Assembly: GCF_001194135.2 (NCBI RefSeq)
Contig: NC_069000.1
Coordinates: 37,628,273 to 37,675,005, forward strand
Reading direction: 5' to 3'
DNA: 46,733 bases
Source: Octopus bimaculoides
Taxonomy: Eukaryota
Below, piece after piece: positions 24,606 to 35,830 of the stretch. A program made the position numbers and the translations under genes. The notes under the pieces are model-generated. The model was not told the DNA's origin. It saw only the letters and a program-made list of their open reading frames with translations, and ran no database searches. How positions within the stretch are numbered: the stretch's first letter is position 1; each line of letters begins with the position of its first letter.

Positions 24606-24730
24606 GGTGAATTTTCAAATTAACACCCGCACGATTTCCACTAGGGTATTAGGGTCAGGGTTAGGGAATTCCGTCCCTAACCCTAAAACCCTAGTGAAGA
24701 TCGTGCGGGTGTTAATCTGAAAATTTAACC
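24606..24730. mobile_element. 125-bp palindromic MITE of the same family (GG...CC, 8-bp TSD)
   Basis: TSD AAATTTTG at 24598-24605 and 24731-24738; shares aacacccgcacgat..cactagg and ggttagggaattccgtccctaacc (inverted) with the 2467 element. Confidence 0.85.
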
Positions 24731-24906
24731 AAATTTTGTACATAAAACCCAAGCAGTTTTATTTGCATCATTGTCTCTGTCTGTAGGTCTGTCTCTCTCT
24801 ATACACACACACACATATACACAACAAACTGTTATTTAACCACGGGTTAGCGCCATCAGCGGACGTATAATCAAAAGCATCTAATCATGCCAATCTTTCT
24901 TTTTTC

Positions 24907-25004
24907 GGCGGAGGTAAAGAATACGTACACCACCCGTTTTCGGTGTAACCCTAATCCTGAACCCTCACCCTAAACACCCTGTGTGCGTATTCTTTACCTT
25001 CGCC
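24907..25004. mobile_element. 98-bp element with 24-bp TIRs and degenerate CCCTAA interior
   Basis: ggcggaggtaaagaatacgtacac / gtgtgcgtattctttaccttcgcc; no TSD found. Confidence 0.6.
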
Positions 25005-25126
25005 CTCTTGGTCGTTCATATCTATCTTCTACAAAAGAATAAACAGCGTGATACGAGGGAAATTTGGTTGTTATTTCTAGTAAAGCTGAACGACCATATT
25101 AAGTGTCCCGCGTTCGCTCTTCCATG

Positions 25127-25572
25127 AAGTTGTTGAAATGAATAGATTAAAGTAATAAAATAATTAAAAAAACAAAACACGAATGCTAAAAACTACATTA
25201 AGTATCTGAAGAGATTAGCAACAATTACAATCAAACATAAACATAGAAAATCGATAAACGAATTAAAATATTTTATAAAGAAATAAAGGAATAAATATAT
25301 AAATTAAAATAATAATCGAACCTTGACAACATAAAGTTATTGAAATAAATAGATTAATTAATAAAACAATTAAAAAAACACGAATACTAAAAACTACATT
25401 AAGTATTTGAAGAAATTAGCAACAATTACAATCAAATATAAACATAGAAATCGAGAATATTTTTAAAAGAAATAAAGGAATAAAGAAACATAGAAATCAA
25501 TAAACAAATTAAAATATTTTTAAAAGGAATAAAGAAACATGTATAAATTTAAATAATAATCGAACCTTGACA
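25127..25572. repeat. Tandem duplication (about 202 + 239 bp) at the SEH1 exon 1/intron 1 junction
   Basis: Both units begin aagtt(g/a)ttgaaat.aatagattaa and end aataatcgaaccttgaca. Confidence 0.85.
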
Positions 25573-25676
25573 CTTTGATCACTGGAACAAGTTGCTAATC
25601 TTTCCCCATAGAAATCATACGCAACATCGTGGATCAAATCCTCGTGGTCTGTCTGAATAGATTTAGGGGCTGACAT
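25566..25676 (-). CDS. SEH1L: Nucleoporin SEH1 coding exon 1
   Basis: Manual translation [37 protein letters not shown] (37 codons) matches the recalled Seh1 N-terminus ([19 protein letters not shown]). Ends at donor AAG|GTTCG. Not in the ORF track. Confidence 0.95.
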
Positions 25677-26600
25677 AGTAAAATATATATGTGTATATAT
25701 TTCTCCGGTAATCTGTTAGAGTGGTTATGCAACACCCTAAAAGCTTGCTATTAACCACAAAATTTACTTCCAACCAGAAAAACCTGGAGATTTAAATCTA
25801 AAAAACAACAACAATATCACCGGTACCGGAAATAATAAAGTTCTGCAGCGAATAACCTCGTGTTTCTGATTGGTAGATAATCTAATTACCATTTGCGAAG
25901 CTTGTATGTAATCTTTGATTTATTCCAAACAAGTTCTTCTAAACTCGGTGCTTTTTTTGTGAATTTGTCTTTTAAAAAAGTCCAAGTCACGAGTTGGTGG
26001 AGCTATATTAAATATTTTGCCTGCATTATTGGAGTTGGATTAAATATTTTGTCATTTACATTTTGGCCATGTACTACCTTGGTGGTATTATTAATCGGCG
26101 TGAAACAGTTTGGATGATGATGTTAGGGAATCAATTGTTTGCAAGACAGCTTACCTGATGGAATCTACCAATGTTACTAGCTATGAATCTCTCTTAAAAT
26201 CGCTTGGAGCAGATCACTGCTTTAACATGGGACAAGGTACCAGCAATGTTATTTTAAAAAATTTCTGTATAATCTTTCCGAGTAATCGAATTTATTATTC
26301 TCAACATGGATATCTTTCCGCAAGACATTCAAAGAAGAACGACTTACTTGCATTCTCCTCGTTGAAAACAACGCAATAACAAGAACAAATAACTTGTTTA
26401 ATGCTCCTTCGGTATTAACCCAACACTGGTTACTAAATTAAAATCTACAAATATTCCTGAAACTTCCTTAGAATCTTTATTTCGGAAAGTATTTTCTCTC
26501 TAATCTTATTCGCACCCACTGTATCAAAATTCGATCACGAAATCAAACCACAATTACTTTTGAAATATGCAACTGTGAATTATATTTGCAACAGTCACAT
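25677..26600. promoter_or_regulatory. Putative shared (bidirectional) promoter / 5' UTR region of SEH1 and NEURL2
   Basis: About 1 kb with no recognised repeats between the divergent genes; CTGATTGG (inverted CCAAT) near 25866. TSSs not determinable. Confidence 0.45.
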
Positions 26601-26664
26601 CAATGAGAGTTAATAATGGTACATTTGACGTTGTGTCTGAGGCAACACTAATAGAGGTAAGAAT
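26600..26664 (+). other. Candidate non-coding 5' exon end of NEURL2
   Basis: Strong donor GAG|GTAAGA at 26656/26657; the coding exon has an acceptor 9 nt before the ATG, so an upstream exon must exist. Pairing the two is inference. Confidence 0.45.
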
Positions 26665-26868
26665 AATAAGTTCAACTCAGTTCTTTTCTTGGTTATAATT
26701 TATTGTTTAGCTAGGTACCCCATTCTCCTTGCTTCATTTCGTTTCAACTACCCTTTAGATCACTTTGACGTACAAATACGCGTGTACTATTAGTTGCACT
26801 CCAATATCTTGTATTGATTTCAGGTTTTTATAAACTATAAATTAATTGTGAAAAATGCATTTTAAACC

Positions 26869-26912
<44 letters not shown>

Positions 26913-29251
26913 GTATGTATATGTGTGTACTGAAACGAACTATGCATGTTACATATATATATTTATAGTGAAATAAGCAATTACAGGTATGTATATATAA
27001 ACATGCATGGTTTCACTTTAGGTCAAGTTAATTCCAATGAATATTTCTTATTAAAATGCTTTCAAGTCACAACCTCACGCAAACATATTGCTTTGATGAT
27101 TTCTGGTGATGATTTTCAGGGGTTGCAAAAGCAAGCTTCTACGAACAAATGGATCATTTCTTGCGTTTAAATTCTGTTACATCCGAGGAGAGTCTTTATG
27201 CCACTAATAAACATGCTTTAATAAAAATATTTATTTAACCACTTAAGAAGAAAAAAAAAAAGGTATTGCGGGTAGAGGGACATTCCCAAAGCATTAGATC
27301 TGGTTTCGCTTATCTGTCAAATACTTAGGTTGATTAATGTCATTGGGAAACCCATGAACACCACAGAATCTTGTTTTTACAAAACAACGCTTTTTTTCTT
27401 TCATGTGTGACGTATCGAAAATCGTTTACAATCGTTTTACATATTCTAATTTTTCTCTATTACATTCACTCATGAATAGTTTTCTGCTTACTGTTTTGGT
27501 AGTTAATTAAGAAATTCTCGAGATTTTTTTTCTTTAATTAATTTTTAAAGATAATTTCAAATAACTTCAATGTTCTATCTGCATGTTTATTAATTAGGAA
27601 TCAAAACTCTCGAACATGAATTTGAAATTAAGTATGAGAGAGAGAGAGAGAGACAGAGAGTTATTCAATTAAATCAAAGGTATATGCATTTTCGAGAAAA
27701 ATATTTCATGCATTTTATTTATTAAATAAATATAAAGAGGAAAGTGTCTCACTTTAATAAATATTCGTTTGTCTTTTAATTGTTGTTTCGAAAATACCTT
27801 AATTAATTACCAGCATCAATCAAAACAGCTGGTATTTCCACACAAAATTATGAATGGCCTCGTTCACTGCTACAAGACAGACGTAGTAGAGTTGAAGCGT
27901 AAATTAGATACACTGTTAACACAGAGTGTATAATAGGCGTATTAACTGGGATTTTCTTTAGATAAGATATTAAATTTTCTTTTTAACAAGTGGTTGTTTA
28001 TTTATAGAATTACATTCAACATTTCTGCGATTCGAATCACCCTGAAAAATAAACAACCACTCCGTTCTCATGTGCGATGTATGTTATACTATAATGGACC
28101 AGATATCTGTTATGTTATGCCTCTTGTATATTCATGTTAATAATGATAATCAGAAAGGAGGATTCTAAGCAAAATGTCCTTTTTCTTTGAGCATTAGATC
28201 CAATCCACATTCATTACATGATGTTATGCTTTTGCACACGCATATATATATAATCGCATTTATACATACATGTGTACATAAATGTATGCATGTATTAGGT
28301 CTGTATCACTGTAAATCTGGCAATGCAGCAGTCTTTTAGTATCCCCCCCCCTCTATATTTACTGTTTTCTTGTTTTGACTATTAATATTTGTCGTATCTC
28401 TCCTTATTGTACTTGATATTATTTAAGTGTTGATAAAATCGCGTGGACCTGTTATATTCTTGGTAGTATACCGGAATGACAATAGAAAAGAATAGACATC
28501 ATTTTTGTCCTAATCAGCTGGTTTTTGGCCATCTGGGGTCGATAAAAGAAGTTCTAGTACTGAAGTGGGGGTCGATTCAGTAAACTATAAACCCTATTCC
28601 TGCGAAAATAACCCCATATTTATGCCTTAGACCAGAAATCAATATATGCATTGAGTTGGCGGAGTGGCGGACTTAATGGTTTCAGAGTCGATATACCTTC
28701 TACTAGTTATGTATATTACGATCAATTATACCCCATACAAAATTGGTCTTCAGGCTAGTCCTAAGACTCCAATATTTGTACAGCTTTTTAGCGAAATCCC
28801 TGATAATTATATAAGAGATCCAGTTATGATTTCAACTGGAAATCAATCTAATTTATACCAATGAATTATTTTAGGAAAGTTGAGCATTTTATTTCACTCG
28901 ATAAATCTAAACGTGTGCCTAATCAAAATATGTTTGTTTCACTTGTTTTCTATTATTTAAACCATTTAAGTTGCATGGTTTATCTTGAACTACTAGATGT
29001 TGCTCTTGTCTCGGAACGCATGCAGCCTGTTGAATATACTGTGGTCACGTTGGTCAAGTGCTGTAGTAACAAAAAGCTCTCGTTTCTTTCTTCAAGTATT
29101 TCTCAATCATTCTTACAAGTTATTATAGTAAGGCAAGAATTGCTCTCGGTTGACAGCCATGCGAATTTGTGGTACGGGGTGTAATGTACCAAATTTGAGG
29201 TAAAATACTAATGTGTATGTATATATATATATATATATACACACACACATA

Positions 29252-29378
29252 CAGGGTGTCCACAAAGTCTGGGTACGTGGGTATTAACACATACTTTAAG
29301 AAATTATTATTTCTTATATTTAATTGCTTATGTTATGATTTTATTTACTCCATGTACCCAGACCTTGTGGACACCCTG
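29252..29378. mobile_element. Tc1/mariner-type MITE (127 bp)
   Basis: ta|CAGGGTGTCCACAAAGTCTGGGTAC ... GTACCCAGACCTTGTGGACACCCTG|ta; 25-bp TIR with 1 mismatch; TA TSD. Confidence 0.88.
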
Positions 29379-29936
29379 TATATAATGTACATACACATAT
29401 ACACAACCCCTCACATATAAACGCGCGCGCGTTTGTGAATATATATATATATATGAATATATATATATATATTTTCTTTTACTTGTTTCAGTCATTTGAC
29501 TGCGGCCATGCTGGAGCACCGTCTTTAGTCGAACAAATCGACCCCCGGGACTTATTCTTTGTAAGCCTAGTACTTATTCTATCGGTCACTATTGCCGAAC
29601 CGTTAAGCTAAACTACATACATCTTGGCACTCCATTCGTTATGACGATGAGTGCTCCAGCTGATCCGATAAAAAGAACAGCCTGCTCATGAAATTAATAT
29701 GTTAGTGGTTGAGTATTCCACAGACATGCACATCCTTAATGTAGTTCTCAGATAGATTCAGTGTGACACAGAATGTGACAGGTACAATTCATTTTTGCCT
29801 GTTGAGTGAACTGGAGCAACGTGAAATAAAGTGTCTTGCTCAAGGACACTATGCACTGCCTGGAATTGAACTCATGAGTTTGCTATCATGAGTCGAATAT
29901 CCTAACCACTAAGCCATGTGCATTTACACGCACACA

Positions 29937-29974
<38 letters not shown>

Positions 29975-30859
29975 ATATATATANNNNNNNNNNNNNNNNN
30001 NNNNNNNNNNNNNNNNNNNNNNNNNNNNNNNNNNNNNNNNNNNNNNNNNNNNNNNNNNNNNNNNNNNNNNNNNNNNNNNNNNNNNNNNNNNNNNNNNNNN
30101 NNNNNNNNNNNNNNNNNNNNNNNNNNNNNNNNNNNNNNNNNNNNNNNNNNNNNNNNNNNNNNNNNNNNNNNNNNNNNNNNNNNNNNNNNNNNNNNNNNNN
30201 NNNNNNNNNNNNNNNNNNNNNNNNNNNNNNNNNNNNNNNNNNNNNNNNNNNNNNNNNNNNNNNNNNNNNNNNNNNNNNNNNNNNNNNNNNNNNNNNNNNN
30301 NNNNNNNNNNNNNNNNNNNNNNNNNNNNNNNNNNNNNNNNNNNNNNNNNNNNNNNNNNNNNNNNNNNNNNNNNNNNNNNNNNNNNNNNNNNNNNNNNNNN
30401 NNNNNNNNNNNNNNNNNNNNNNNNNNNNNNNNNNNNNNNNNNNNNNNNNNNNNNNTATATATAAACAGACATGACACAAGTAAATAGAAAGCCTTGTAAT
30501 CATTAAAATTTATTTAAATCGGAAATTATACTTTAAAATTATTTATTAATTGCTATACTGTGAATATTTAATATTTAGTAGACATGCACTTAGCATTTTT
30601 CAATGCAAGGACCCTATTAGGCATGTTACTGACCAGATGACAAATATTCTCTTGTGGAATTTCTTGCCAAGTTTTGTTCAATAATCTCAAAAGACCTGGC
30701 TTTGAAGATGCTTTTTGTTCTTTTTATGAAGTGTCCTGTCCATTATGTCCCAGAAGTGTTCAATTGGGTTCATATCTGGTGACTGGCTCATTTTAGCCGT
30801 GTGACAGGTCTTCGCAAGCAGGGTTTTTAGTGTCCAATGAAGTAAAGATACAAATTAGT

Positions 30860-31870
30860 GAGCTGGCTACACTTCTGGGAGAGGTCACAGATTATGCTCT
30901 CACTTGCCTTGCTGGGTCTTCTCACGTACTGCATATTTCCAAAGGTCCTGGTCACTGGTCATTGCCTCGGTGAGGCCTAAAGTTCAAAGGTCATGCTTCA
31001 CCACCTCATCCCAGGTCTTCCTGGATCTACCTCTTCCACAGGTTCCCTTAACGTCTAGGGTGTGGCACTTTTTCACACAGCTATCCTCATCCATTCTTGC
31101 CACATGTCCATACCAGCGCAATCGTCTCTCTTGCACACCAGAATTGATGCTTCTTAGGTCTAACTTTTCTCTCAAGGTACTTACACTCTGTCGAGTATGC
31201 ACACTGACATTACACATCCATTGGAGCATACTGGCTTCGTTTCTTGCAAGCTTACGCATGTCCTCAGCAGTCACGGCTCATGTTTCACTGCCATGTAGCA
31301 TGGCTGTTCGTACACATGCATCATACAGTCTGCCTTTTATTCTGAGTGAGAGGCCCTTTGTCACCAGCAGAGGTAAGAGCTCTCTAAACTTTGCCCAGGC
31401 TATTCTTATTCTAGCAGCTACACTTTCAGTGCACCCTCCCCCGCTACAAACTTGGTCACCTAGGTAGCAGAAGCTATCAACTACTTATAGTTTTTCACCC
31501 TGGAGTGTGGTAAACATTTTCAGTGTTTATTGCTCCTGAGCATCTGCCACATACAAAAACTATCTTGCTAGTTAGCCTTCTTTTGATATTGCTGCACCTC
31601 TTATGTGTCCATAGCTTACACTGGGTACATCTTATGGAGTTTCTACCTACACCTTTTCTGCAGATTGAGCAGGGCCATCTACCTTAAGGGGTTTGTGTTT
31701 TGTCTACCTTCCTACTTATTAAGACTTTGGTTTTAGCTAGGTTGACTCTAAGGCCTTTCGATTCTAGTCCTTGCTTCCACACCTGAAACTTCTCCTCTAA
31801 TTCTGATGGTGACTCAACAATTAGTGCAAGGTCATCAGCATGGAGGAGCTCCCAGGGGCATCCCATCTTA
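30860..31870 (-). mobile_element. RTE-clade LINE ORF2 fragments (RT and C-terminal region)
   Basis: GCPWELLHADDLAL (YADD-like) and QERRLRWYGHVARMDEDSCVKKC...GRGRSRKTWDEVVKHDL; fragments rearranged or separated by a deletion. Confidence 0.88.
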
Positions 31871-32170
31871 TCTTGTCAAAAAGCAAAAGTTCACCATATT
31901 AGAACTCCCCTAGGAACTTTGTTGCACCAGTTTGCAGTCAAACCATCCAACCCATACCAGCATGGAAAACAGACTTTAAATGATGAGATGAGAGAATTCT
32001 AAAAGCAGAAGACTTCTGTTCGTTTAACAAAATTAAAGAGAAATTATCAAAGGCTCCCTCACACTCATCCTACAATATCATTAAAAAAAAAAAAAACTAT
32101 CATATCATTGACATCTCAGAGCTGAGATAATGCCTGATTGATTCAAAACGATTTGAATAAATAAACATTT

Positions 32171-33170
32171 TGAGGTGGTGTCAAGAAGTTTCCAGACTAG
32201 TTCTGAGGCATGGCAACAGATGGCAGCACATGATTGCATGCGCAGCGAGAACTAGCAGTGACTTTGATGAGGCAGTGTGCCAGGTGACACCACTGTGTTT
32301 ACTTCACAAGTTGTGAAATTTGTGTTTTTGTGATCACATGTATGCTGTAGTCTGTGATTTTGTCATGGACAGGAACAAAGAGCCAACGTGAAATTTTGCG
32401 TCAAACTTCGGAAGTCTGGTGCAGAAAGATTGAGCATGCTTCTGCCAACTTACAGCAATGAGGCAATGGGCATGTCAAAAGCAGAAGATTATCCCTGAAA
32501 GATAATAAGTGGTCTGGAAGTCCTACTACAAGTGTCACCCCTGAAAATGTATTGTCTACTGAGAATTTGTCCCCCAGGGCCAGACCCTCAATCAAAAGTT
32601 CTACTGCAACATTTTGAGGTGTTTGAGGGAGGACATTCGGTAAAAGCAACCAGATCTGTGGAGCACGAAGAATTGGATTCTTCACCGAGCTCGCCTCACT
32701 TATGAGTTTCTTGCCAAAAACATGGTATCGCTTCTGCACCTGCCCTATTCACCAGATTTAGCACCTGTGGACTTCCATCTCTTCCCCAAGATGAAAATAC
32801 TGGTCAAAGGTCACTGTTTTAACACTGTTGTTGAAATCCAGAGTGAATCGCAGAAGGTCCTTGATGAGATTATGGAAAACAACTTCCAGGTTGGATTCCA
32901 AAAGTGTGAAGAATGCTGAGATAGGTGTGTTGCTGTGCAAGGTGACTATTTCGAAGGAGATGATGTCAAAACTTAGGCACAGGCGTGGCTGTGTGGTAAG
33001 TAGCTTGCTTACCAACCACATGGTTCCAGGTTCAGTCCCAGTGCGTGGCACCTTGGGCAAGTGTCTTCTACCATAGCCGCGGGCCGACCAAAACCTTGTG
33101 AGTGGATTTGGTTGACGGAAACTGAAAGAAGCCTGTCATATATATATGTATAAATATATATATATGTATG

Positions 33171-33209
<39 letters not shown>

Positions 33210-33438
33210 TTGTGTGTCTGTGTTTGTCCCTCCAACAACTGATGCTGGTGTGTTAACATGCCCGTAACTTAGCAGTTTGGCTAAAGAGACCGATAGAATA
33301 AGTACTAGGCTTACAAAGAATAAGTCCTGGGGTCGATTTGCTCGACTAGACGCGGTGCTCCAGCATGGCCGCAGTCAGTAAACAAGTTATTTTTTATGAA
33401 ACCTAAGTAGTCCAGGAACTTTTTAATATCATCTTGTA
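32171..33438 (+). mobile_element. Decayed, internally deleted mariner transposon interrupted by a SINE
   Basis: HLPYSPDLAPVDFHLFPKMK (mariner YSPDLAP motif) near 32737; degenerate TIRs gaggtggtgtcaagaagtttccagact and gtccaggaactttttaatatcatcttgta; SINE at 32976-33379. Confidence 0.8.
32976..33379 (+). mobile_element. SINE family 1 copy nested in mariner
   Basis: Near-identical to 8411-8810. Confidence 0.9.
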
Positions 33439-33568
33439 CATTTGATTGTTAAAGTGTTAATGTAAAGAATTCCACTGTATTGTTTTCTTTTTCTTTTATT
33501 TCATTTTGATGTATTTAAATAATGCTAATCGTTTTTTTTTCTTTTGTTTTTACTTTCAGGTTCAAAAA

Positions 33569-34247
33569 ATGCCTCCAACTCGATTTCATCCCTATCATGG
33601 GGAAAATATTCAGTTATTTCATGAAAATCTGGTGGCTTACCGTAAAACTAGTTTTGCTCATGCACTGACATTTAGTGAAGAACCTCTAAAACCGGGAGAG
33701 ATCTTCCTTGTGGAAATTGAAAAGACAGAGCGTGGATGGAGTGGTCACCTACGTATTGGTCTAACACAATTCGATCCACGTAACCATTTCAAATTACCGC
33801 AGTATGCTCTACCGGATCTTGCTAACATGGGCAAATCATGGATCTATGCTGTGAATAAATCTCACAATCGTATTTTCACTGGGAACATTGAAATTGATGA
33901 GGATCAATCGACAGAACCATACCAACCTGTTGTGGGAAACGAAGACTTAATTCAAACTCCGCGTGGTACTTTTAGTCGTAGCCTTCTGTTACCTGTACGA
34001 TTCCCCATGGAGCGTAAAAATGGCTATTGTATTCCAAAAAAGGGAAGTATCTTGCCGACTGACGTTGGCAGTCGAATAGGTATCATGTATGTAGTAAACG
34101 ATGACCGCGCTGAGATGCATTTTATTATCAATGGACTGGATCAAGGACCTTGTGCCAAAAATATACCATATCAAGATGGTCCTTTATATGCCATAGTTGA
34201 TGTTTATGGCACAACTAAACAAGTACGGATAATTCAACTCTATGGAG
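33569..34247 (+). CDS. NEURL2: Neuralized-like protein 2 (Ozz), main coding exon with NHR domain
   Basis: Acceptor tttcag|G at 33560, ATG at 33569. [14 protein letters not shown]...[33 protein letters not shown]...[23 protein letters not shown] is an NHR/Neuralized domain. Donor G|gtttgt. Confidence 0.92.
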
Positions 34248-34492
34248 GTTTGTACATTTTTACCGGATAAGCAATCACTGAGTTGTTGTTTGTTGCTGAC
34301 AAATTCTTGAAAATGTTTTGGGTTTTTGTACTTTCCAAATAGTGAATGTACATTGCATATGTAATTAATACCAGGTACAGTGACAGGTAATTTAGAACTT
34401 TGAAGCAATGAGTCTGGAAACAAAATCAGTATGTTATTCAAGAAACTAAAAAGATTCTATCTTTAACATTCTAAATGTATTTTTATAGGTCA

Positions 34493-34613
<121 letters not shown>

Positions 34614-35529
34614 TTATATTAATTAATTTATTTATATATATAGATTTCCAGAGTTTTTTGCTTTTTTCTCAAATTGACATTTCTGATTATGAGTAGCAAT
34701 CTTTAGGTCTTGATATCTCCAAGAATAATTGATGTAATAGGCTGAAATTTTGCATAGATGCTGTTCTAGTGTGATTAGATACACTTGATTTGTTCATCTT
34801 CCAGAGACACTTGAATGCTACTACCCAGGGGTCAAAAACGCTTGAACTGCTGTATATGGCTTTGAGCAACCCCATGACGAAATCTAGGCCAACTTCATTA
34901 ATGTCTTTGATTCAGCTTCTAGTCTGTACCTCAATCTGTTGGCATTCCAAGTTAGGGCATATTATCTTTGTTTGGTAGAAAAATTGACCTACAATAAGGG
35001 TATTTTGCCTTGTCGGTCATTTTGAATTTATAATTAGGTCATGAATAGATAAGGTGGAAATTTGAATATGTATTTTGATAGAACTAACATTGTTCTTGAT
35101 GTATGCCATGTTTGGTTTTCCTGGGTCTTATTCCCGCTGCGTGAGAGCATCTTCAATTTAGGAGTCTTCTTCCTACGTCTGAGGTGTTAGTCTTACCTTA
35201 AGGGGTACGCATGCTTGTAGTGGAGTGCTCAGCCGCTTGCACATTAATTTCACAAGCAGGCTGTTCAGTCAATCAAATTGACTGGAATGCAATGTGTGTA
35301 TGCAGCATGTACCACCACCAAACATTAATCGCAAGTCGATGCAACAACCTGTAAAATTTGAGATTAAAATTAGGTCAGCTGAAATTTGTGCTGGATTAGG
35401 GATGGAACTGGATTAGCAGTTGTAAGATTAATGCTGGACAATCTGCACACTGTTTACTATTGTATATTAATTAAGACTCTAATATATTATTTATTTTATC
35501 AGTTGATGTTAATAATTTTTCCTTTATTT

Positions 35530-35830
35530 ACATTATTTACATTTGACGGATATTTGTCCTCATCTTGTTTGTTGTTAACACGTTTCGGCTGAATATACCC
35601 TCCAGCCTTCGTCAGGTGTCTTGGGGGAAATTTCGAACCTGGGTTCTCATTCCTAACGATGTTACTATTATTATTATTATTATTATTATTAATACTATTA
35701 TTAATCAGGTCGCTGCCGTGAATCGAACTCGGAACCTTGGGGTTAGTAGCCCGCGCTCTTAACCACTACGCCATATGCCCGTGGGCATATGTAAATAATT
35801 CCTCATCTCTTAAATATAGAACTGTAGTTT
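35530..35830 (-). mobile_element. tRNA-headed element with hammerhead-ribozyme-like core
   Basis: Minus strand: A-box TGGCGTAGTGG, B-box GAGTTCGATTC, (AAT)n linker, then GACAC-CTGACGA-A-GGCTG-(11 nt)-CAGCC-GAAAC-GTGTT. Confidence 0.7.

Noticed and set aside
26110-26379. 89-aa ORF as a third protein-coding gene
   Set aside because: Non-ATG (TTG) start, no recognisable domain or splice partner; kept only as part of the promoter-region finding.
30904-31467. 187-aa plus-strand ORF
   Set aside because: Antisense shadow of the RTE ORF2 fragment on the minus strand.
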